IMG/VR virus record: IMGVR_UViG_3300045049_000125
Location: 1-64,000 of that record
Strand: one strand, 5' to 3'
Origin: a virus
DNA: 64,000 nucleotides
Shown in pieces: positions 54,195 to 62,859 of this stretch (position 1 is the stretch's first letter; each line of letters opens with the position of its first letter). The notes beneath the pieces are model-generated. The model was not told where the DNA came from, ran no database searches, and worked only from the letters and a program-made list of their open reading frames with translations. Position numbers and translations under genes: made by a program.

Positions 54195-55982
54195 TTAGAA
54201 CGGAATGTCTTCTTCCTGGAAAGAAAGCGCTATCTCAGGGTTTTGGTACACCTGCGCCTCTTCCGTTCCGAATGCCGTTCCGTCCATGCACCAATCGAGA
54301 ATGTCCGGATATTTCTTATTGACCCACACTCGAATATGCGTTGTGGTTGGAAAAAAATCAGACTCTTCAATGACTTGCTCGGACGTTGCCGGAATCGATC
54401 CCGTAGGGAATCGCTTGCGGAACCATTTGTGTGCTTTGAATTTGGCATAGCCGTCATGTTCAAAACACAGATATTCGTGAAACACTCGAATACCGCACGT
54501 ATAAGACACGTGCACCATATCGGGCTTACCGGCTTTTTGGTGGAGCTGGTAAGACGTGTAATCCACGCGGAAGATTTCAACCTGAGGCGTACCGTCCTCG
54601 CTCTCTTTGATGAGGGCATCAGAGCTGGCCCGCTTGGTGATTTTTTCTTTGATCGGTGGCGCTGGGCACTGGCAATGCGGACAGACACGCAACGAAGCGT
54701 GATACATCGTTCGGCAACCCGTATGTTCAATGACGCCGGGCATCCATACGGCCACCGCCGCACCCGTCTGCGGGTCTTCCAGCCATGTGGCGCATTCGCG
54801 CACGGGCGCCTCACCTCCACCTTTCTGGCCTTTCTTGCGCGGGATCACGGGATCGTTGATACAGCCCAGGCGCTTGGTGTTGCCCGCGAAATCGCCCACA
54901 AGGCAATCGCGATGCAGGACGTCGGCAGGCTTCGGGCGCGTGCCACGGCCAAGCATCTGGACCCACAGGACTGCGGACTTGGTGGCACGCAGCATCATGA
55001 TGTAGTCCACGCTTGGCACGTCATAGCCAGTGGTCAACACACCCATGTTGCAGAGCGCGCGGGCTTGTCCGCTTTCAAACAGATTCTTTGCGCCGTTGTT
55101 CGTGGCAGGGTCCATGGAATCCGGATCACCGGCCGGCTTTTTACTGTGGACGCACACCGCTGGCACGCCATAGCTATTGAGCCATTGCGTGACGTCCTCC
55201 ACATGCTTCACGCCCGTGCAAAACACCAACCAGTGATTGCGGTCTGCCGCCGCGTCAAGGCTTTCCTCAATGGCAGCGCGCGTGATTTCCTCGCGATTCG
55301 TGACTTTTTCCAGCTCGTCTAGCTGGAAGTCGCCGGCCGTTGTGGCAACGTCGGACGTATCGATTTGCAGATTAGTGCGCAGTGGACGCAGTGTCGCAAG
55401 CCAATCATTCGCAATGAATTCGTGGAAATCTTCAATGCCGATTTTAGAATAGCAACGATGCGTAAATAGTGCATCGCCATCATCAATATTGCCCAAGCCC
55501 TGGCGCCACGGGGTGGCAGTCAGGCCAATCACTTTCATTTTCGGGTTGGCTTTCCACAGCCCCTCGATACACCGGCGATAGCGCGTCTTTGCCTTCCAGT
55601 CCACCATGTGGGCCTCGTCAATCAGCATGATTGAGCGCTTGCCGAATAGGTGCGGCTTCTTGGCTACGGAGTCGATGCCAGCCCACAGAATGGGCGCGTC
55701 CACTTCGCGGCGATTCAATCCGGCGTGGTAGATGCCGAGCGGAGCTTGCGGCCAGATGGATAGCAGCTTGTTGGAATTCTGTTGAACCAGAGTTTCAGAA
55801 TGTGTTGCACAGAAAATGTGCGAATTTGGGAACATGTCCATATAGCGATGGACGATGCCGCCCAGCACGATGGATTTGCCCGTACCTGTGGGTAGACAGA
55901 TGGTCGGATGACCCTTATTTCCGGCGCGATAGTAATCAAAGGGGGCCTGGATGGCCTCAACCTGATAAGGGCGGAGTTGCAT
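54195..55982 (-). CDS. SF2 DEAH helicase with C-terminal Zn finger (RadD/YejH-like)
   Basis: LRPYQ, PTGTGKS, DEAH, GLTATP, LTTGYD and QMLGRG.R motifs; acidic IPF tail. Confidence 0.92.
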   Translation of the reverse strand: MQLRPYQVEAIQAPFDYYRAGNKGHPTICLPTGTGKSIVLGGIVHRYMDMFPNSHIFCATHSETLVQQNSNKLLSIWPQAPLGIYHAGLNRREVDAPILWAGIDSVAKKPHLFGKRSIMLIDEAHMVDWKAKTRYRRCIEGLWKANPKMKVIGLTATPWRQGLGNIDDGDALFTHRCYSKIGIEDFHEFIANDWLATLRPLRTNLQIDTSDVATTAGDFQLDELEKVTNREEITRAAIEESLDAAADRNHWLVFCTGVKHVEDVTQWLNSYGVPAVCVHSKKPAGDPDSMDPATNNGAKNLFESGQARALCNMGVLTTGYDVPSVDYIMMLRATKSAVLWVQMLGRGTRPKPADVLHRDCLVGDFAGNTKRLGCINDPVIPRKKGQKGGGEAPVRECATWLEDPQTGAAVAVWMPGVIEHTGCRTMYHASLRVCPHCQCPAPPIKEKITKRASSDALIKESEDGTPQVEIFRVDYTSYQLHQKAGKPDMVHVSYTCGIRVFHEYLCFEHDGYAKFKAHKWFRKRFPTGSIPATSEQVIEESDFFPTTTHIRVWVNKKYPDILDWCMDGTAFGTEEAQVYQNPEIALSFQEEDIPF

Positions 55983-55995
55983 GATTCACCCAAAG

Positions 55996-56022
55996 AAAAA
56001 GGCCCGCTAGTGTATAGCGGGC
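55996..56022 (-). terminator. Intrinsic terminator-like hairpin
   Basis: GCCCGCTA-tacac-TAGCGGGC followed by a T-tract on the minus strand. Confidence 0.6.
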
Positions 56023-56031
56023 GCTTTACGG

Positions 56032-56997
56032 TCACAAGTCAGGAATGACGCTATGGCCGTCGCATCCGGCCATCTGAGCAGTCTTGTTCAACGTGAAATC
56101 GAACTTGTCACACAACCATTGCGGCTCACCGTCCGCACCGAGAACCGTATCAGGGCGAGACCATTGGCATGTGCGGCAATTGCGTTCCACTTCACGAAGC
56201 TGACCGCGAATCGGCAAGCACAGCTTTTTAAAACTACACCACTTGCAGGTCAGCTTTCCCAATCCGGCTCCGCGAATGCGCATAGGTGGCTTCGGCGAAT
56301 GCACGACGACATGCGCGCGGTCCATGTACTGCAAAGCCGTCTCGCGGTTGTATTCCACGATTTCCGCATACAGATCGTCATCGTTCTTGTTGACGGCGAA
56401 GAACAGGCAGTATCGGAGACCGAATTTGTGCATGTAGATTTGCATCTGGACATAGTAGGTCTCGTCACTCATCCGCACGCCGTTCAAAACCAGCTCTTTG
56501 AATCGCTTCTCGTTGTAGGTTTTGTATTCATTGAGCCAGGGCTCGCCCGGCATGGCGTCTGGCAGGTTGTGGACAATGCCGTCCATGGAACCCGCGAAAT
56601 GTCCATCTGAGGACTGGAAACGGAGCTGTTTCCCGTTGCGTTGCTGTTCGACTTTGCAGCCAATCATCAGAAGCATGGCTATAAACCGTGCTTCTTCAAG
56701 ATGACCACGATTCCACAGACGAAGCATACGCGCCCGCTTCTTCATCTCCGTGATTTCATCGTCTGCCAGCGCAATCGGGTCTTCGCCTACCCATCGAAAC
56801 GCATACCAGATGGAGCGAGCACATTCCTTGCCAATTTGGGAGGCACCGAGATGCTGTCGTTTACCTTCATCCTCGCCACGATATGCATCGGTCATGTGGG
56901 GCAGCACCTTGCCCAGCCAATAGCGGAATTTGGCACCTCCATCCGCGTTGATCGCGTCCGTAATGGCCTGCAACGTGCGCTTAGCTTGCATTGACAA
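56032..56997 (-). CDS. Cas4-like PD-(D/E)XK exonuclease with Cys cluster
   Basis: HLGASQIG.EC.R, GS.DG, EYKT, Q.Q.YM and CKWC....C motifs. Confidence 0.85.
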   Translation of the reverse strand: MSMQAKRTLQAITDAINADGGAKFRYWLGKVLPHMTDAYRGEDEGKRQHLGASQIGKECARSIWYAFRWVGEDPIALADDEITEMKKRARMLRLWNRGHLEEARFIAMLLMIGCKVEQQRNGKQLRFQSSDGHFAGSMDGIVHNLPDAMPGEPWLNEYKTYNEKRFKELVLNGVRMSDETYYVQMQIYMHKFGLRYCLFFAVNKNDDDLYAEIVEYNRETALQYMDRAHVVVHSPKPPMRIRGAGLGKLTCKWCSFKKLCLPIRGQLREVERNCRTCQWSRPDTVLGADGEPQWLCDKFDFTLNKTAQMAGCDGHSVIPDL

Positions 56998-57646
56998 GTT
57001 CCTCGGGATGCTCAGAAAAATGGGCTTTTAAATCGTTCATGAAATAACCATGGATATTCCACACATACCACTTTTCTTCCTTCCCTCGTGCGTTTATTTC
57101 CGTGTAGAGCTGCGCCGCATCGTCCACGCCTTCACCTGGGACAAGCATGCCGTCCTCCATGCGAGCAACGCCCCACAAAAGCATCAGGTCTCGCACACGC
57201 TTCGGACTCGCGCCCAATATCTGCGCGATGTTGTAAAGCGACGTATAGCCTTCCGGATATTCGCGTTTTGGATGCTGTCCCGGTAGCGCATCCTTCGGCG
57301 CTTCCATGTTCTTTTTTACGATGGGTCGAAGAATTTCAACCATGGAAGGATGCAGGATCATCCAAGACTTCGATGTCCCTGTATGAGGATTGAAATCCTC
57401 ATACATCTTAACCAACCCTTCCGCCTTACTTGTCAATTCGCCATTGGTGAGCGAATAGCGACCAGTAACCAACGCCTTTTGAACTTGGACCCATGCACCG
57501 AATCCTGTGAGACCCAGCGCCTTGGCTACTTGCGCACGACTCATAAAACCGTCTTCGTAGGTGCGTGCGTCACCACGTGAACGCTTTGGTTTCGGCCCCA
57601 TTTCCTTTGCTCGCTTGACATAAAACTCTCGATCACTGCGTTTCAT
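56981..57646 (-). CDS. Putative DNA-binding protein with two tandem antirepressor/wHTH-like repeats
   Basis: Repeats YEDGFMSRAQVAKALG... and YPEGYTSLYNIAQILG... Confidence 0.55.
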   Translation of the reverse strand: MKRSDREFYVKRAKEMGPKPKRSRGDARTYEDGFMSRAQVAKALGLTGFGAWVQVQKALVTGRYSLTNGELTSKAEGLVKMYEDFNPHTGTSKSWMILHPSMVEILRPIVKKNMEAPKDALPGQHPKREYPEGYTSLYNIAQILGASPKRVRDLMLLWGVARMEDGMLVPGEGVDDAAQLYTEINARGKEEKWYVWNIHGYFMNDLKAHFSEHPEELVNAS

Positions 57647-57672
57647 TGATGCCTCGGTTTGTTGCGTTGTGT

Positions 57673-57726
57673 AGTTGCCTATACAGCGTTGCCTATAAAG
57701 GGCACTGATGCAAGTTGCCTATACAG
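57673..57726 (+). repeat. Three direct repeats GTTGCCTATA(C/A)AG
   Basis: Copies at 57674, 57688 and 57714. Confidence 0.8.
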
Positions 57727-57739
57727 TGACCGAAAAATT

Positions 57740-57848
57740 TTGACTACTTGATACGAAGTATGGTAAGCTCAAATGGATGAGAAGCCCTCCGGGGCTGCGG
57801 GCGGAGCCGCCATCACATCAATGAGCGCATACCTCTATCAGTAGTCAA
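57740..57848 (-). ncRNA. Structured element E2: 109-nt rod topped by two hairpins (homolog of E1, inverted)
   Basis: TTGACTAC(T)TGATA...TATCAGTAGTCAA stem; core 38/44 identical to E1; functional strand uncertain. Confidence 0.6.
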
Positions 57849-57962
57849 CCCGCCGTTTCGTTGATGTTTGAAACAAGCCAAACGTACAGCATCTGCTTTA
57901 CGCTAACTTGTTGATTTCATACGGTACGTGTACCCTTGCGCGCGTCATGACGAGGGTACCCA

Positions 57963-60446
57963 ATGAACCTCTTTTCTCGCCTCTTCCGAAAGCGCCCGAT
58001 TGCCAAGGCAGTCGAAGCGTCTAAAATCGTTCCTCGAACAGCGGCCGATCTTGGTCCTGTGGAAATCACTCCGCCCGACTTCGCGGGCCTGCCGAAAAAT
58101 CCGCTTGATGGACTTCCCACCATCAATGATTTTCCCACCGTAGAAAAGTTCGCCGAATCTAAAACCGTCCAGACCAAGGATGGAAAAGTTTTTGTTGGCG
58201 ACGCGGCATCGCATCCGGTCATTACGCAGGACGGAACCTATCAGGGATCGGGAACGCCATCCGTGAATGTGGCGTGGAGCGCGTACACGGTGCCGGAGGC
58301 TGTGGGCAACTGGTACAACGCGCAATCATTCATCGGCTATCAAACCTGCGGTTTGATGCAACAGCATTGGCTTGTGGACAAGGCATGCCGTATGCCGGGC
58401 GAAGACGCCACGCGCAACGGTTATGAATTGTCGGTGATGAACGACGATGATCCGAATTTTGAAGGTCTTGGCGTGGACATCGAAACGTTTATTGCCCGCG
58501 TTCGCGAACTGGACAAGGATTATAAAATCGCTGAACACATGCGTGAGATGTGGCGCTTCACGCAAGTGTTCGGTATTCGCGTGTGCATCTTCCAGGTGGA
58601 GAGTCAAGACCCTGATTATTACGCCAAGCCGTTTAATATTGATGGCGTTACGAAGGGCTCGTATAAGGGAATCAAGCAGGTTGATCCCTATTGGATGATG
58701 CCGGTCTTTGGCGAAGGGTTCAGCGACCCAACCAGCCAAAATTTCTACGTTCCAGAATATTGGACTATTGGCGGAAAGAAATACCACAAGTCGCATTTGG
58801 TTATCGGCAAGGGGCCGGAACCAATGGACATTTTGAAGCCAATGTACATCTTTGGTGGCATTCCTCTGACGCAGCGCATTTATGAGCGCGTCTATAACGC
58901 AGAGCGCACAGCGAACGAAGGGCCATTGCTGGCTACATCGAAGCGTCAAACCGTACTGCACACGGATTTGATGGCAGCGGAAGCGCATCCGCAACGATTC
59001 TTGAATCGCATCATGAAATGGGTCTCTCACCGAGACAATTTCGGCGTCAAGACGGTTGGTCTTGAGGATGCGGTTGAACAATTTGACACCTCGTTGGCTG
59101 ATCTTGATTCGGTCATCATGAATCAATATCAGCTCGTGGCCGCTATCGCCGAAGTTCCGGCAACCAAGTTGCTGGGCACTTCTCCGAAAGGATTTCAATC
59201 CAACGGTTCGGGTGAAGAAAAGAACTACCATGAAAAGCTCGAATCTGTGCAAGCGTTCTTGACGCCACTGCTGCAACGCCACCATCAGCTCGTGGTCAAG
59301 AGCGAATATGGTGTGGACATCCAGCTTGAGGCGGTGTGGAACCGTACCGATTCGTTCACGGCGGCGGAGCTGGCCGATCTTAATTTGAAGAAGGCCCAAA
59401 CGGGCGAAATTCTGCTCAACCTTGGTGCGACATCGCCGGATGATGAGCGCAACCGTGTCAAGAATGATCCTCTCTCCGGTTACAACCACTTGGGCGACGA
59501 GGAAGCCTCAAGCGACATGGGTGCATCGCCGGAGAACGAAGCGAAATTGCAGACGGCAGAATCGAAGGAACAAACCGCGCAAGCAAAGGAAACGGAAGTG
59601 GGAGCGCCTTCCGATGCAATCGCTATGAAACCAGACCTTGATCGTCTGGCGGCATCGCTACAGCCACATATGGAAAACGACGATCTTGATGCAGGTCTCA
59701 TGGATCGACTGCGCCAATTTCATGCGATGGTCACGGGAAGTGGGGCGGACAATTTGGATTGCGAAGACATCCGCCCCATTCTCGAAGCGCTGGCAAAGAT
59801 GCTCAACGCTCCGTCTATTATGGATGCTATTACCGTTAAGCGTCGCGCCATGGAGCCCACCGTTACACGCTCGGTTCTGCCCAGCGTGAATCCTGCCATG
59901 CGTACCGAAGTCAACACGGGCGCACGCACATTGCTCGGAGATGCGGCAGTGGCAGGACGTGGCTACAGCGAGACCGGTTTGCCTGATTCAGGCATGGGTG
60001 CGAAGTACAGCCATCGCAATATGCCAAAGGTGAAAATGGGTCGTATGACCATTTCCATTGAAAATCGAAAAGGCACTGTGCGCTCGGGTGAGACATTGGA
60101 AGGAAAGGCATGGTCCACCCTAATGCCGCACCATTATGGTTACATCAACGGTGTGGAAGGCGCCGATGGCGATGAACTAGATGCTTTCGTTGGTCCGAAC
60201 ACAAAGAGCCGTCTTGTTGTAGTTATTAATCAGGTTGAGCCGACAAATCGCGAATTTGACGAACATAAAGTGATGTTCGGTTTTAATAGCGAAGAGGAAG
60301 CCCTTGAAGCGTACGCAATGAGTTATCAGAAGGATTGGGACGGCTACGATTCGCATGTAGTATTCCAGGACTTGGAATCTTTCCGAGAATGGATGCGAAG
60401 CGCTGATCTTTCGGCGCCTTGCTCCGATTATCGAACGTTTGAATAA
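57963..60446 (+). CDS. Portal protein (DUF1073-like) with C-terminal inorganic-pyrophosphatase-like domain
   Basis: FIGYQ.C, DA.RNG, H.SHL and P.TKLLG.SP.G portal motifs; C-terminal ISIEN.KG..RSG...HYGYI...GADGD.LD.FVG...FDEHKVM.GF. Confidence 0.85.
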   Translation: MNLFSRLFRKRPIAKAVEASKIVPRTAADLGPVEITPPDFAGLPKNPLDGLPTINDFPTVEKFAESKTVQTKDGKVFVGDAASHPVITQDGTYQGSGTPSVNVAWSAYTVPEAVGNWYNAQSFIGYQTCGLMQQHWLVDKACRMPGEDATRNGYELSVMNDDDPNFEGLGVDIETFIARVRELDKDYKIAEHMREMWRFTQVFGIRVCIFQVESQDPDYYAKPFNIDGVTKGSYKGIKQVDPYWMMPVFGEGFSDPTSQNFYVPEYWTIGGKKYHKSHLVIGKGPEPMDILKPMYIFGGIPLTQRIYERVYNAERTANEGPLLATSKRQTVLHTDLMAAEAHPQRFLNRIMKWVSHRDNFGVKTVGLEDAVEQFDTSLADLDSVIMNQYQLVAAIAEVPATKLLGTSPKGFQSNGSGEEKNYHEKLESVQAFLTPLLQRHHQLVVKSEYGVDIQLEAVWNRTDSFTAAELADLNLKKAQTGEILLNLGATSPDDERNRVKNDPLSGYNHLGDEEASSDMGASPENEAKLQTAESKEQTAQAKETEVGAPSDAIAMKPDLDRLAASLQPHMENDDLDAGLMDRLRQFHAMVTGSGADNLDCEDIRPILEALAKMLNAPSIMDAITVKRRAMEPTVTRSVLPSVNPAMRTEVNTGARTLLGDAAVAGRGYSETGLPDSGMGAKYSHRNMPKVKMGRMTISIENRKGTVRSGETLEGKAWSTLMPHHYGYINGVEGADGDELDAFVGPNTKSRLVVVINQVEPTNREFDEHKVMFGFNSEEEALEAYAMSYQKDWDGYDSHVVFQDLESFREWMRSADLSAPCSDYRTFE

Positions 60447-60461
60447 TCAAGAGGGTTTGAA

Positions 60462-60764
60462 ATGACTGACGAAACACAATCTCCCGTTGATATCGCTGTG
60501 CCTCAACCCGTGGAAGACGTGAAGTCCGAAACACTTTTGGAAAAGCTGGAAGACGCAGCCCAAAAAGTTGAGGAAAAGATTGAAACCGTTATTGAAGGTG
60601 TAACGGAAAAGGTCAAGGGAAGTTCCAAGCGTAAGTCAACGGCTTCGCCTACCGCGCAGGAAAGCGCATCTCCCGATCCTTCGCCGGAAAGCTCTCCGGA
60701 GGAATTGACTCCCGAGACCATTTCTTCGATTCTTCCTGATTATCTGCGTCCGCATGGCTTTTAA
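60462..60764 (+). CDS. Acidic low-complexity hypothetical protein
   Basis: 100 aa, GAGG RBS. Confidence 0.55.
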   Translation: MTDETQSPVDIAVPQPVEDVKSETLLEKLEDAAQKVEEKIETVIEGVTEKVKGSSKRKSTASPTAQESASPDPSPESSPEELTPETISSILPDYLRPHGF

Positions 60765-61620
60765 AGCATCCAAAGAACGCAAGCGAAAAGCTCGCGAACC
60801 TATCGCTCAGGGGACGCAGTTGATTGCGTCCGCTGCGATTTCGGATGCTTACGGATCAGATTTAAAAGCTTTGATAGACCGTATGGTAAAGGACTACCAT
60901 GCGGAGCTATCAGCCGCCATGCAAGCCCCGTCTGCGGAGGGTGTTCTTACGGAGGACGCCAGTGTTACCGGTCTCATGAAGCGCACTTTGCAGCGTCTTG
61001 ACCGCAAGTGGCGCGGCATCTTCGCACCGTATGCAAAACGAGCCGCCGAGGCATTTGTGGCTAAAACTGACAAGTATAGTCAGTTCAGCGCAAAACACAG
61101 TTTGAAGTCACTTGGCATCGATCAGCCAAAAGATGTCAAGACGCAGGAAATCAAAAACAGCCTGCAATCCGCGATTGAGCAGAACGTTTCCCTCATCACG
61201 AACATTCAAGAGAAGTTCGCGACCGAAATTGAGGGTGTGGTTTATCGATCCATCGCGAGCAGCAATCCGGAAGAGCTGGGCGCTGACAAAATCATGGACT
61301 TCCTGAAAGACCGGGAAGGCATGACGAAGCGTCGTGCGCAATTCATCGCGGAAGACCAAACCTCCAAACTCTATACGGCATTGAATAAATCTCGTATGGA
61401 GCAAAACGGTGTTTCTAAATTCAAATGGAAACATTCGTCTGCTTCATTGCATCCTCGTCAGACCCACATTGATCGTCAATATCAGGACGTGGGTTATGGA
61501 CCGGGGATTTTCCGTCTGGATTCGCCGGAATTGTGGGAAGGTCCGGAGCAGGACCAAGGTTTGCCCGGCGAAGCGATCCATTGTCGATGCCGAATGATTC
61601 CCATTGTGGACCTGGATTAA
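60754..61620 (+). CDS. Minor head morphogenesis protein (MuF / SPP1 gp7-like)
   Basis: RA..IA.DQT.K, F.W..S...PR..H and PG..I.CRC motifs. Confidence 0.9.
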   Translation: MAFKASKERKRKAREPIAQGTQLIASAAISDAYGSDLKALIDRMVKDYHAELSAAMQAPSAEGVLTEDASVTGLMKRTLQRLDRKWRGIFAPYAKRAAEAFVAKTDKYSQFSAKHSLKSLGIDQPKDVKTQEIKNSLQSAIEQNVSLITNIQEKFATEIEGVVYRSIASSNPEELGADKIMDFLKDREGMTKRRAQFIAEDQTSKLYTALNKSRMEQNGVSKFKWKHSSASLHPRQTHIDRQYQDVGYGPGIFRLDSPELWEGPEQDQGLPGEAIHCRCRMIPIVDLD

Positions 61621-61697
61621 GGCAGCATTTAACCAATGTTGCCGTACTACGCAGCCTTGCGCATTAACATACTCGCTATCTAATCAGGAGCTTTCCA

Positions 61698-62849
61698 ATG
61701 AACGGCCAATTTATTAGTTCTGAGCGCATTGTAACAAGCTCCGGTTATTTGCTTTTGAACGCAGATAATCTCGTGCTTAATAATTCGGGAACCGCATTGA
61801 CGATTCCATCCAATGCGCGGACGGGCGATTATCTTCGCGTCATTAACACAAGCGCATCCACAGTGGATGCCTCGTGTGAAAATTCGGCATACGGTTTGAT
61901 TGTCAATGGAAGTTTTGAAACTTCTGTGAGTCTTCCTCCGGGTTCGAGTTTCTATGGAGTTTTTGATTACGATCAAAACGTCAATGCGCATTTCTTCTAT
62001 ATCACCACGGACGCAGGTGCGGCTCCCACTCTTCCGATTGCCACAGCAACGACGACAGGCGTCGTCATGATCCCCACAGACGGTGGGCTGACTGTGGCCG
62101 GTGACGGTTCAGTGGTTCTGAATGCGGCACATACGAATGCCATTGGTGGCGTAAAGGTTGCGGTCAATAGCGGTCTGACCCTGGATAGCAACACGGGTGC
62201 CCTTTCGTTCAACGCAGGCACCAATCTCACCGTTGACGCCAATACGGGTGCGGTTTCGGTTGGCCCCGCATCGGCGGTGGCGCTGGGAGGCGTTCTTGTT
62301 ACAGCGACATCGGGCCTCACAAATGTCGGCGGAGCCATTTCGGTGGCACCTGCGCAGGTCGCGCAAGTCGGTGGCGTCAAAGTTCCAGCGGCTAGCGGTC
62401 TGACTGTGGATGGGGCGGGAACGCTTGGCGTGAATCTCGGAAGTGGTATGGCAATTGTGAGTAACAAACTCACAAGTACCCGATTCTTTACAAGCAAGCC
62501 TTATGTACCAAGCGCTCCGTATGCTGCGGGGGACATCATTTTCTATGAATATCTGCCTGCCGCATTGACTATTCCGGCGGGAGCGACGGGAAGCAAGTTT
62601 GCTTTCATCCTTCCTACAGGATCGCCCACAACCGCGATTAGCTCGGTGAACATCATGAAGAACGGCGTAAGCGTTGGGTCCATTAGCTTTCCCGTTACGG
62701 CCTCCACTGGCTCCCCTGTACTCGGAACTATTTCCGTTGCATCTGCTGTGTCTTTTGCTGCGGGTGATTCGCTGAGCTTGGTGGTAGCGGCAAATCCAGA
62801 CGCAAACTTTACCGGTGTTTTTGGCACGTTCGTCGGAACATTTAGCTAA
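61698..62849 (+). CDS. Fibre/decoration-like virion protein
   Basis: Repeats A....(L/I/V)GGVKV...SGLT.D..G; beta-rich C-terminal domain. Confidence 0.65.
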   Translation: MNGQFISSERIVTSSGYLLLNADNLVLNNSGTALTIPSNARTGDYLRVINTSASTVDASCENSAYGLIVNGSFETSVSLPPGSSFYGVFDYDQNVNAHFFYITTDAGAAPTLPIATATTTGVVMIPTDGGLTVAGDGSVVLNAAHTNAIGGVKVAVNSGLTLDSNTGALSFNAGTNLTVDANTGAVSVGPASAVALGGVLVTATSGLTNVGGAISVAPAQVAQVGGVKVPAASGLTVDGAGTLGVNLGSGMAIVSNKLTSTRFFTSKPYVPSAPYAAGDIIFYEYLPAALTIPAGATGSKFAFILPTGSPTTAISSVNIMKNGVSVGSISFPVTASTGSPVLGTISVASAVSFAAGDSLSLVVAANPDANFTGVFGTFVGTFS

Positions 62850-62859
62850 GGAGTTTAAA

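Noticed and set aside
56032-57726. CRISPR-Cas interpretation of the Cas4-like nuclease plus nearby repeats
   Set aside because: The repeats are 13 bp with 1- and 13-nt gaps, there are no spacers and no cas operon; solo Cas4-like nucleases are common in phages.
54243-59489. Long antisense ORFs over the helicase (359 aa) and portal (387 aa)
   Set aside because: Mirror frames of conserved genes with no independent signal.
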